DNA of 33,923 nt from a virus: IMG/VR virus record IMGVR_UViG_3300045988_110183; one strand, given 5' to 3'. The notes beneath the pieces were generated by a model. The model did not search any database. It was not told the origin of the DNA and saw nothing but the letters and a program-made list of their open reading frames with translations. The translations under genes and the position numbers were made by a program. This document shows, piece by piece, positions 24,136 through 31,977 of this stretch (position 1 is the stretch's first letter; each line of letters starts with the position of its first letter).

Positions 24136-24825
24136 TTACTCCTTTGTGACCGGGGCAAACAGTGTTTGGTCGTTGTTGGTTGCAAGGGTGGCGGAAAGCT
24201 CGGTCTGTATCAGCGCCCCTTTTCCGCCGCCGTCACAGCCTTGCCGGATTTTCAGCGTGTAGGCGAGATTTTCCCCCCCCCCGGAGGATTTCGCCTGTAC
24301 CATTCTTTCATGCCAGCAATAGCAGTCGTCAGCAAGTCCGGCAACGGCTTTCCCCGCCGGGAGGTGTTCGATTTCTCCCCAGCCGTCCGGGAATCCTTGT
24401 AGGCGGCTGCACTCCAAAGGCATAAGGCGGCGGACAATGTAATGGGGCTGATTATGGGCAACCAGTGTTTCACCACCGCCGCCGGTAGCGCCGCCGTTTG
24501 CCTTGATCGTACCGCCCGCCGGGGATAGGACGTATTCAGAATAGTTTTGCTCGGCGAACGTGTAGGCAACGGCGTGTTCATCTACGGTATTCAGGGTAAA
24601 GCACACCTCCTGATTCAGCCCATCACCTTGCGGGCCGTTTTTCTCGGCGCGGCCGATCATGGAGCCTTGTATGCAGATGCAGGGCTGGACGATCAGCGGG
24701 GTATTTCCGCCGCCGGTGCCGTAGTGGGCGGTAACGGTGTCGGCGGTGTCCAGCGGGCCGGTTGCGCGGCTGTCCTGACTATGCCAGCCAAACAGGGCGG
24801 CGCTGTTTTCAGTCGGCGGCATCAT
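24136..24825 (-). CDS. C5-cytosine DNA methyltransferase-like protein carrying only the TRD/motif IX region (229 aa), with an internal G10 tract
   Basis: IVRRLMPLECSRLQGFPDGW (motif IX-type), plus several TRD-like segments (TVTAHYGTGGGNTPLIV, CFTLNTVDEHAVA, SATLATNNDQTLF). No FxGxG, PCQ or ENV motifs. Confidence 0.5.
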   Translation of the reverse strand: MMPPTENSAALFGWHSQDSRATGPLDTADTVTAHYGTGGGNTPLIVQPCICIQGSMIGRAEKNGPQGDGLNQEVCFTLNTVDEHAVAYTFAEQNYSEYVLSPAGGTIKANGGATGGGGETLVAHNQPHYIVRRLMPLECSRLQGFPDGWGEIEHLPAGKAVAGLADDCYCWHERMVQAKSSGGGENLAYTLKIRQGCDGGGKGALIQTELSATLATNNDQTLFAPVTKE

Positions 24826-25364
24826 TTGCCCTCGCCCTGCGCAATGGCGCGTTTCAGCTTGTTCAGGTTGAAGTCCATTTCACCGACAAAGCGTAGGCAC
24901 AGATCATGATTGATACCGTTGCCCAAATAGGTATAGATGTATTCCATGCTTGTGCGTGTATAAATCGTGCCGCAAAATTGGTTGATACCGTTCAAGTGGT
25001 ATTTCTGACTTGCCGAATTGTACGACTTGCAGGCTTCACGGCTGCACCATTCAATAATCCGGGCATTCAGTTCGTCCAGCGTGTCCGCACCGTACAGCGG
25101 TACAGTGATATTGCGCGCCGGATAGACAATCAATTCAAGGCGCAGGTTCATAATTGCTTTCGGAAATGCGGATTGCAGGTCGTACCGAACCGCCCGATCT
25201 AATAAGATACCCTTTGCGTAGACAGGCGACGGGGTCACGGTGGGTTCTGCTTTGATAAGCGCCCGGAAACTTTCAACAGCAAAATTGCGGGTCATAACGT
25301 GGTTGCTGTCGTTGCTGTGGGCGGGCAGTTTGCTTTCAAGGCTGTCGGCATCTATCATTCGCAT
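24822..25364 (-). CDS. Hypothetical protein (180 aa)
   Basis: SD GGAGGA with 8-nt spacing. Coupled to the downstream gene (ATGA). No domain recognised. Confidence 0.6.
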   Translation of the reverse strand: MRMIDADSLESKLPAHSNDSNHVMTRNFAVESFRALIKAEPTVTPSPVYAKGILLDRAVRYDLQSAFPKAIMNLRLELIVYPARNITVPLYGADTLDELNARIIEWCSREACKSYNSASQKYHLNGINQFCGTIYTRTSMEYIYTYLGNGINHDLCLRFVGEMDFNLNKLKRAIAQGEGK

Positions 25365-25367
25365 TTT

Positions 25368-25592
25368 TCATTCCTCCAGTCGTGCGCAATGTTCGACGAT
25401 GATATTTTCCTTGCCCGCCGGGGTGTTTCGGGTATATTTTTCACACCGATAGGCGGGGCAGTCATCATGCAGGCACGGCATAAAATATTCATTCCTGAAT
25501 ATTGCATCTGGAATTGTGGCAGAGGGCGTGGTTACGCCGTGAACACGGAATGGGCACACCATGCGGCTTTTTTCTTCTTCCTTGTGCATCAT
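25368..25592 (-). CDS. Small Cys-rich protein (74 aa)
   Basis: SD GGAGGA. Cys residues at CPF...PCLHDDCPAYRC...HC. Confidence 0.5.
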   Translation of the reverse strand: MMHKEEEKSRMVCPFRVHGVTTPSATIPDAIFRNEYFMPCLHDDCPAYRCEKYTRNTPAGKENIIVEHCARLEE

Positions 25593-25595
25593 GAG

Positions 25596-25811
25596 TTATT
25601 CCTCCAGCAATTCAGCCGCTTTCAGCATGACGGCACAGCCGTTTGTGCGGCAGTTGTGTTCAAACCCACAGCCGACGCACTCCCAATAGCAAGGGGAGGC
25701 AGGGCGCGGGAAAGCGGCAATCTTTTTCAGCTGTTCCAGTAGTTCCGGGCTTGCTTTTTCCATGGGAACGCTTGTACAGTTGGCGGCATCAAATTTCAGA
25801 TGTTGTGGCAT
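25596..25811 (-). CDS. Small Cys-rich protein (71 aa from ATG 25811)
   Basis: AGGAGG lies 8 nt before the ATG at 25811. CYWECVGCGFEHNC..NGC. Confidence 0.5.
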   Translation of the reverse strand: MPQHLKFDAANCTSVPMEKASPELLEQLKKIAAFPRPASPCYWECVGCGFEHNCRTNGCAVMLKAAELLEE

Positions 25812-26229
25812 TGGTTGCACCTCCTGTTGTGGTGCGTTTCTGGGAAGAAACTGTGCGCAAGCGGGGATGTACTACCAACTGACAGCCGCACATCGGGCAA
25901 TCAAAAGCGTCGTGTTCGCCGTCCACAACGGCGTCTCCGCTTACAATGGTTGTGCCGCGCAAATAATTGAATCTTCCGTAGTTGTGTGTGCCGTAAACGG
26001 TATAGCGGTTATCCGGCAGCGCCGCGAACTCATACCCACACACAGGGCATTTCAGATCGTGGGCAATCGCAACCGCTTGGGGTGGCGGCAAGGGGGCTTC
26101 ATACGGCTTTGCGGGGGTATTGAGAGTTCTATTCTTGAATTTTTTATGCGGAATATCAAAGCAGATTTTAACCGCCGCGCCCGCAATGGCTGCGAACACT
26201 AAGACAACCGCGATAATCAGATATTGCAC
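25789..26229 (-). CDS. Membrane-anchored zinc-ribbon protein (146 aa from GTG 26229)
   Basis: GGGAGGTG lies 5 nt before the GTG. N-terminal TM helix (YLIIAVVLVFAAIAGAAV). CPVCG ... CPMCGC. Confidence 0.55.
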   Translation of the reverse strand: MQYLIIAVVLVFAAIAGAAVKICFDIPHKKFKNRTLNTPAKPYEAPLPPPQAVAIAHDLKCPVCGYEFAALPDNRYTVYGTHNYGRFNYLRGTTIVSGDAVVDGEHDAFDCPMCGCQLVVHPRLRTVSSQKRTTTGGATNATTSEI

Positions 26230-26231
26230 AA

Positions 26232-27299
26232 TTACACCTCCCATGTGAACGGCAGCCCAATTCGGCAGGCCCCGCGCACATCATCATAGAAATAGCAGCC
26301 TTGGCAGCATTCGCCGCTGCCATTCTGTTCACAGTAGTTGCTAAGATCGCGGGCAGCGTTGGCTAAAGCGTCGGTATCGGTGTCAGTGTCCTGCGTGGGC
26401 GGTTCCGTTGCTGGCAGTTCGGACACCGGCGCAGGGCTGACGGCAACCGCCGAGGGCTCCTTGGGTTTGGGCTGAATCGGCGGCGTGGGCTGTTCCGCCG
26501 GGGACGGCGGTGTCTCCACAGAACACGCAAGTGCCGATTGTGCAACAGGGGCGTCCGTGGTTGCAACAGCAACCTCAGTCGGGGCAGTTTGGCAGGGGGC
26601 TTTCTCCCTTTGTTTCCGGGCAGATTTCAGGGCGCGGGCGTTCTCCATCGTGGGCACCGGGTACAGCGCGGCAACTTCTTCCTGCTGACGCTTTGGCAAG
26701 CTGCTTAATTCATAGGCAACCTGCGTACCAATCACGCCGTCTTTGTATCGGCGCATCAAGGTGGGTGTCAGGTGCTTGTAGATTGCCTGATACTTGCCCG
26801 CCTGCGCCGAGGATATGCCCAGCGCCGTTGCAACTGCCGCGCGGGTCTTGCCCTCGACCTTGCCGCCGCCCGCTTTGAACTCGCGGGCAATTTCGGCGGT
26901 CTTGACGGTTTCCATCATGTTTTCATACTCGGTTTCTTTGCGGGCGGTGCGGTTCATCAAAATAAGCCGCGCCTGATCTGCAAGGGCACCGAGGCTGGTT
27001 GTCAGCCGTGCATCGACTTCCCGCCAACGGTCGGGGTCTTTGGCGTACAGGGTGAGCAGGGCAAGACGGCGGCGGTGCCCGCCGGTCAGACGGTACTTGC
27101 CGGGTTCATCATCCGCCGGGCGAACGACCAACGGCTGTTCAAGCCCGAAAGCGTCTATTGCCGCCGCAAGTTCTTCTATTTCATCGGTGTTGTAGAAATT
27201 TTCGGGGTCGGGCAGAATGTCCTCCAGCTTGACGCGAACAAAGCGGTCTTGTTCCGGCTTGCTTTCAGCTGCCCGCAATACATCTTGAATCAGGTTCAT
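26232..27299 (-). CDS. ParB-like (ParB/Srx N-terminal domain, IbrB-like) DNA-binding protein with a Pro-rich linker and Cys-rich C-terminus (355 aa from ATG 27299)
   Basis: LEDILPDPENFY...FGLEQPLVVRP...YRLTGGHRRRLAL (ParB box). HTH-like AVATALGISSAQAGKY. SD GGAGGG. Confidence 0.8.
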   Translation of the reverse strand: MNLIQDVLRAAESKPEQDRFVRVKLEDILPDPENFYNTDEIEELAAAIDAFGLEQPLVVRPADDEPGKYRLTGGHRRRLALLTLYAKDPDRWREVDARLTTSLGALADQARLILMNRTARKETEYENMMETVKTAEIAREFKAGGGKVEGKTRAAVATALGISSAQAGKYQAIYKHLTPTLMRRYKDGVIGTQVAYELSSLPKRQQEEVAALYPVPTMENARALKSARKQREKAPCQTAPTEVAVATTDAPVAQSALACSVETPPSPAEQPTPPIQPKPKEPSAVAVSPAPVSELPATEPPTQDTDTDTDALANAARDLSNYCEQNGSGECCQGCYFYDDVRGACRIGLPFTWEV

Positions 27300-27311
27300 G
27301 GTTCCCTCCGG

Positions 27312-27330
27312 GGTGTTCCAGTGGAACACC
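27312..27330. repeat. parS-like palindrome, copy 2 (GGTGTTCCAgTGGAACACC), 13 nt upstream of the ParB-like start codon
   Basis: 9-bp arms. Identical to the core of the copy at 13057-13081. The half-site TGTTCCA matches the Firmicute parS half-site TGTTNCA(C). Confidence 0.6.
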
Positions 27331-27341
27331 AAAACGGCATT

Positions 27342-27548
27342 TTATTTTTTCTTGCCGGATTCGGCGTGCCGGGCTTTGTCGCCCTGTTTCTGCCACTCCG
27401 GGAGCTTTTCGGACAGGGTCATAATGTAGAATTGGGCGATAATATCCCGCGTGTCTGTGGGTAGGCTTTCAAACTGCTGGATAATGTTTTCCCGGATTTT
27501 CGCCGGGTCTGACGTGTTATGATGCAGGGGCTTTTTCTTGGCTTTCAC
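27342..27548 (-). CDS. Hypothetical small protein (68 aa from GTG 27548)
   Basis: GGAGG lies 7 nt before the GTG. GTGA overlap with the upstream stop. Confidence 0.5.
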   Translation of the reverse strand: MKAKKKPLHHNTSDPAKIRENIIQQFESLPTDTRDIIAQFYIMTLSEKLPEWQKQGDKARHAESGKKK

Positions 27549-27757
27549 AAGATTACCTCCTTGCCGGTTCTGACATCGACTCGCACAGGGCGGGTGCCTT
27601 TCCGTGCAAATTCGGGGTGCATAGTGCGGTGGCATTGGCTTTTTGGGTCGTCGGGGTGATCGACGGCGCACCACTTGTGCATACAGGCAGTGTTCAGCGC
27701 CGGGTCACATTCATACAGGGTAATTGCGTTATTGCAAACGCAGCCAAAATCAATCAT
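27545..27757 (-). CDS. Small Cys-rich protein (70 aa)
   Basis: SD GAAAGGA. ATGA overlap with the upstream gene. Cys pattern CVC...C...C..WC...C. Confidence 0.5.
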   Translation of the reverse strand: MIDFGCVCNNAITLYECDPALNTACMHKWCAVDHPDDPKSQCHRTMHPEFARKGTRPVRVDVRTGKEVIL

Positions 27758-27969
27758 CGTTTCCGTCCTTTCCGTTGGTTGTACAGTCCGTTCTTGCGGA
27801 CGTCTCGGCGTATTTTGTCGCCGCGCTCGGCATCGGCAGAATCCATGCGCCGTTCTGCATCGCGGGCGGCGCTGATCTGATCACACAGCTTGCGGTATTG
27901 CGCATAGTCCGGGCACCGGCTGTGACAGTTCACCGCCCGCCGGGGGCATTGGTAACAGGGTGTGTTCAT
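27754..27969 (-). CDS. Small Cys-rich, basic protein (71 aa)
   Basis: CYQCPRRAVNCHSRCPDY...C. SD AAGGAA. ATGA overlap. Confidence 0.5.
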   Translation of the reverse strand: MNTPCYQCPRRAVNCHSRCPDYAQYRKLCDQISAARDAERRMDSADAERGDKIRRDVRKNGLYNQRKGRKR

Positions 27970-28130
27970 TGCTTACGTTCCTTGATCTTGTACCCGGCAG
28001 CTTTCAGCGCCTTTAGGGTGTCAGGCGGCGGAATGCAAGCCGGGCTGTCGGTCTGCATCATAATCCGCCCATCTTTTGCAAAGACCGCGAACAGCGGCGC
28101 AGGGGCTTTACAGCGGCAAGGGCTGTTCAT
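27966..28130 (-). CDS. Small Cys-containing protein (54 aa from ATG 28130)
   Basis: GGAGGTG lies 7 nt before the ATG at 28130. The longer start at 28223 would overlap parA by 116 nt. Confidence 0.4.
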   Translation of the reverse strand: MNSPCRCKAPAPLFAVFAKDGRIMMQTDSPACIPPPDTLKALKAAGYKIKERKQ

Positions 28131-28896
28131 ATCCCAACACCTCCAGCACGTCATCTGTAAGGGCGCGGAAATCGCGGGCGGCGTTGCTCCATCGACTTGA
28201 TACGGACAGCGGTGTTCCGGCATCGTTGCTATTTTCGACTTTCACAGTTGATTCCCGAATGCCGCTGCCCAACAGGGCAAGGTCGGTGTTTTCGGCAGCT
28301 TTTGCCGCCTGATCGGGGCGATAGCGGGTAATGATGACGTGGGCTTTCAGCTTTGGGTTTTCCTGCTGCGCGGCGGTGATCTGTTCCCACACCTCGGAAA
28401 GCCCTTTGCGGGCGTTTTTATCCAGCGTGATTGGCAAAAGGGCAAGGTCGGCAGCCATAAGCGCATTGATGCTTGCCATGTCAATATCCGGCGCGCAGTC
28501 CACAACAACAAAGTCAAACGCGCTTTCGTTTTCCGCAAGGTAGCGGCGCAGGCGCTTATCCCGCCCACTGGAGGTATCCAGCAGCAAGGATATGTTCGAC
28601 TTCATAAGGCGGTAGTCGCTGGGCAGGACGAACAAATGCGGGTATATATCGCCGTTCGGCTTGCGCGCGGGGCAAATGGCTTTCAGATAGAGGGCTTCAT
28701 CGGAGTTTTTAGCAGTTAGCACATCGCCCAGACCGTACTTAAAATCGCGGATTCCGTAAAACTCGGTGCTGTTGCCCTGTTTGTCGGCGTCGATCAGCAG
28801 GGTTTCGCCGACGTTGGAAAGCTCATAGGCAAGGTTTGTGGCGGTGGTAGTTTTGCCGACGCCGCCTTTCAAATTCAGAATGACAATAGTTTTCAC
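28108..28896 (-). CDS. parA: ParA/Soj-family partition ATPase (262 aa, GTG start)
   Basis: Deviant Walker A: LNLKGGVGKTTTATNLA. AAGGAG lies 8 nt before the GTG. Confidence 0.9.
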   Translation of the reverse strand: MKTIVILNLKGGVGKTTTATNLAYELSNVGETLLIDADKQGNSTEFYGIRDFKYGLGDVLTAKNSDEALYLKAICPARKPNGDIYPHLFVLPSDYRLMKSNISLLLDTSSGRDKRLRRYLAENESAFDFVVVDCAPDIDMASINALMAADLALLPITLDKNARKGLSEVWEQITAAQQENPKLKAHVIITRYRPDQAAKAAENTDLALLGSGIRESTVKVENSNDAGTPLSVSSRWSNAARDFRALTDDVLEVLGYEQPLPL

Positions 28897-29030
28897 TTTT
28901 TCTTGCTCCTTTTCTTCTTCTGGTGCTGCTTGGCTTTGGCGCGGTCTTTGCCCGGCTTGGCGTAGTAGTTCATCATAGTCTCAAAACGGCGGTACGCGCT
29001 GCCGCTGTGACGTTTCTTGCTGTTATTCAT
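28893..29030 (-). CDS. Very basic micro-protein (45 aa, MNNSKKRHSGSAYRRF...KQHQKKKRSKKK), coupled to parA
   Basis: The ATG lies 2 nt after the PAPS-reductase stop, and the TGA overlaps the parA GTG (GTGA). It is below the ORF-track cut-off. Confidence 0.4.
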   Translation of the reverse strand: MNNSKKRHSGSAYRRFETMMNYYAKPGKDRAKAKQHQKKKRSKKK

Positions 29031-29032
29031 GG

Positions 29033-30274
29033 TTAGTAATCCTCAATAGACATTTGACCGGGTAGCTGGCCGGGTTCGTTTTCCCATTCCACGCCGATGT
29101 AGTCGAGTACGCGGCCCCATCCATACCAGTCACCATTTTCGTCACGACAAACATGACGCATCCAAAATTCCCATTCTTTGGGGTTTGCGCGGCGCAGGCG
29201 GTCAAACCGGTTCGGGCGCTGTTCCAGCTGGATGCCGAAACCGCACATCGTACAGCCTGTGCGCTGCGCAAGGGTTGTGCGCAGGGTTCCGTCCTTGTCT
29301 CGGACGATCTCGCCATATTCCGCCGGGATGGGAACATTCAGATCAAGGACCAGTTGCAAAATATCCTGCCTGCTGAATATGGCGAACGGTGCGCTTCGGA
29401 TGGTACTTTTACCGTAGTAATTGCACCCATGCATCATAAGGCTTTTTCGTCTGCGTCCGCCCTCGGATGCCATCAAACCAAGATAGGGCACGCTGTTGTG
29501 TTCTTTGGCCCAGTCGTCGCACGGCTTTTCTTTGAGATAGTAGCAGCAGCGTTCGGATACTTTGAACGGAGCCGCAGTATATCCCAGCGCCGCGCCCTCT
29601 GCATCTGCGCCGCCGAACTTTTCAAGCCATTTTTGGCTTAGTTTCATGCGGCTGTCTTTCTGGAATCCGCCATATTCGCCCGTCTCGCCCGTAATGATTG
29701 CATGGCGAACAGTGGCATTTTTGGGTGTCGGGTTTTGTAATAGACTGATCTTACCCGCAATCTCTTTGCTAAGTACGGGCCAGCCCAATTCTTCAATGAC
29801 TTTGGTTTTCGGCTTCAACGGCTTCAAAAAATACATTCGCGGTGCAGGCGGGCAAGCGTCGTGTGCTACCTGTTCTCTCGCTCTGGTATCGGGGTCTGTG
29901 ATGGTGTCGATCTCATCCTGCGGCAGAGCCATGTGCGCGCCCAGCCATTCCCGCGCCGAGTAGGTGTTTTCCATTTCGGCGGCAATCTGCTTGTGTACAG
30001 CCTGCACGCCTTTCTGTTCTAGGGAAGAACAGCTGACACAAGGAACATGAACACCGCAGGATTCAAGAAAATAGTGCAGTGTGATGGAATCCAGCCCACC
30101 GACAGAGACATGGCAGTTCAGGCCCATTTCGCTGCATTTGTCCTGATAACTGCGGGCAACATTTTCAACATGGCGAATTTTCTGTTTGTAGGTGTAATGT
30201 TCCTGCATATAGCGGAAATTCTGAATGTTGGCTTCTGCGCCGGTTTCCTGCATGATCTGCTGTACTGTTTTCAT
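29033..30274 (-). CDS. PAPS-reductase family PP-loop protein, IbrA-like size and architecture (413 aa)
   Basis: PP-loop-like HVSVGGLDSITLHYF. The roughly 410-aa length with a Cys-containing C-terminal extension is as in IbrA/DUF3440-type phage proteins. Confidence 0.7.
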   Translation of the reverse strand: MKTVQQIMQETGAEANIQNFRYMQEHYTYKQKIRHVENVARSYQDKCSEMGLNCHVSVGGLDSITLHYFLESCGVHVPCVSCSSLEQKGVQAVHKQIAAEMENTYSAREWLGAHMALPQDEIDTITDPDTRAREQVAHDACPPAPRMYFLKPLKPKTKVIEELGWPVLSKEIAGKISLLQNPTPKNATVRHAIITGETGEYGGFQKDSRMKLSQKWLEKFGGADAEGAALGYTAAPFKVSERCCYYLKEKPCDDWAKEHNSVPYLGLMASEGGRRRKSLMMHGCNYYGKSTIRSAPFAIFSRQDILQLVLDLNVPIPAEYGEIVRDKDGTLRTTLAQRTGCTMCGFGIQLEQRPNRFDRLRRANPKEWEFWMRHVCRDENGDWYGWGRVLDYIGVEWENEPGQLPGQMSIEDY

Positions 30275-30738
30275 AGCTGATACTGCGGCTTATACCGCCC
30301 CTCCAGATAGTCCGTGATGACAGCGGCGGCGGCTTCCCAGCCTTTGCAAACTTCCACGGCGTAACCGGCCTCGCGCAAGTCGGAAATCCATTGCTTTTGT
30401 GCAGCTGATACCGTACCGCCGCGCTGTCGTTTCAATTCGATGTACAGGCCGTTATACTTGGTTCGGATAATGGTATACTGGCCGCGATCAACGGAATCCA
30501 ACTTTTGAATGCCTACCGGCAGGAAGATGTCAGGTACACCGGCTTTCACGCCCATGGCGCGGAACCGTGCCGCTTCGGATTTACTGCGCTTGCCGCCGTT
30601 GGGAACATGGTACATAAGCGCAAGCTCCGGGTATTTGCCCTGCTGTGCGTTTGCCCATCGGAAAAGGCAGATTTGTTCAACATCTTCGGTAGGGGGCGGC
30701 AGGGTGTATTTAATATCCGCCATTGAATGATCTTGCAC
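30271..30738 (-). CDS. VRR-NUC (PD-(D/E)xK) nuclease (about 150 aa; start uncertain, 30738 GTG or 30723 ATG)
   Basis: GVPDIFL ... LYIELK ... SAAQKQWISDLREAGYAVEVCKGWEAA. Confidence 0.8.
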   Translation of the reverse strand: MQDHSMADIKYTLPPPTEDVEQICLFRWANAQQGKYPELALMYHVPNGGKRSKSEAARFRAMGVKAGVPDIFLPVGIQKLDSVDRGQYTIIRTKYNGLYIELKRQRGGTVSAAQKQWISDLREAGYAVEVCKGWEAAAAVITDYLEGRYKPQYQL

Positions 30739-31603
30739 TTCCTTTCTTGCTGGCAGGCGGCAGGGGCGCGTAATGATCGCGCAGGGCGTAGCTTGCCGCC
30801 CCTGCTGTGGTGGTTATCATGCGGTCGAACATAGGCCCGAAAAGCTGTACAGGCGGTGGGAACTGCGCCTCTGTGTTTGCGGCGATCTGCACAACTGCTT
30901 TCACGTCCTGTTCTGTGTAGCCACGGTCAAACAGGTTGTACACCTGCTTTCTTGTTTGCTTATCACCCTGCAAATTTGCCCCTGTGTAGGATTGAATCAG
31001 GGCTATAATGCGGGTACAGCTTTCGCGTCTGTTTTCAACAGACTTTTCAACAGTCGTTTCGGGGGGAAGATTATGTTGGGGGTTAATCTCATTTTGTCTA
31101 ATATAATCTTCTGTGCGAAAACTCGGTTTTTGTGGTTCGTTATCTTGGTTTCTGTATGCGGTTATTCCGTTTTTGTGTACAAAAACTAAACCGGCGCGGG
31201 GCGTTGCCTCTAAAAGCCAGTATTCAACAATAATTGGTATTTCGCCGGTACGCCTTGCAATGCCGTCAAGATAGCGGCTTTGAATTGCGCGCGAGGTTAG
31301 TATTCCGTCCGTTGTAAATAAGGCTTTATCGAAAAGCCCTAAAGACACGCACAGATCAACGATTGCCCGAACTTGGGTTGACTTCAAGCCGCCGCCCAGC
31401 TTGCGGGCTGTACTCGCGGCGTTGTCATATCCCCAGCGGTAGAAATAACCATCGGTGGCGTAGGCTTTTTGGCACAGAGCAAAGTAGACATAAAAGCCCG
31501 CTGGCCCCTGTGCATCAATCAAGGCATCAATAGAGGTATCGTTTTCCAGTACGTCAACATCCCACGTCGAATAGTTCAGGTTCCGCTTCGGCGGTCTCCC
31601 CAT
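30710..31603 (-). CDS. Replication protein: Lin1244/DUF4373-like N-terminal domain + DnaD-like replisome organiser C-terminal domain (297 aa)
   Basis: STWDVDVLENDTSIDALIDAQGPAGFYVYFALCQKAY...; C-terminal ...YTGANLQGDKQTRKQVYNLFDRGYTEQDVKAVVQIAA. SD GGAGGA. Confidence 0.7.
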   Translation of the reverse strand: MGRPPKRNLNYSTWDVDVLENDTSIDALIDAQGPAGFYVYFALCQKAYATDGYFYRWGYDNAASTARKLGGGLKSTQVRAIVDLCVSLGLFDKALFTTDGILTSRAIQSRYLDGIARRTGEIPIIVEYWLLEATPRAGLVFVHKNGITAYRNQDNEPQKPSFRTEDYIRQNEINPQHNLPPETTVEKSVENRRESCTRIIALIQSYTGANLQGDKQTRKQVYNLFDRGYTEQDVKAVVQIAANTEAQFPPPVQLFGPMFDRMITTTAGAASYALRDHYAPLPPASKKGSARSFNGGY

Positions 31604-31626
31604 AAGCTATTCCTCCGTGTGCGGCG

Positions 31627-31977
31627 TTACTGCCCGCAGTAATCACCGGCGGCGGTATAGTTCGCCGGATTTGCGCGGGGGTCGCTCCACCCATATTGAA
31701 TACCCGCTTCCATTGCCGCCGCCTGTGCGGGGCTTACGCGCAAGGCCTGGTTCATGTAGGCGCAGGCTGTGCGGCGCACAGCGTCAAGCACGGTGTCGGC
31801 GGCGCGGGCTTTGTCATGGGGTTCAGGCGCGGAATAGTACACGCTGTCGCCGGGGTAGACAATGGCCGGTCGCCCGAAATCGTAGGGGTTGGGAACATAC
31901 GCCTGCGCGGGCAGACCCGCGTATACTTGCTGGGAAGTGTCACGGCGTGGGCTTTCGATGATGGACGTGTCGATCAT
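31627..31977 (-). CDS. Hypothetical protein (116 aa from ATG 31977)
   Basis: AGGAGG lies 9 nt before the ATG at 31977. The longer ORF-track start at 32541 runs through an intergenic region and the methyltransferase 3' end. Confidence 0.55.
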   Translation of the reverse strand: MIDTSIIESPRRDTSQQVYAGLPAQAYVPNPYDFGRPAIVYPGDSVYYSAPEPHDKARAADTVLDAVRRTACAYMNQALRVSPAQAAAMEAGIQYGWSDPRANPANYTAAGDYCGQ

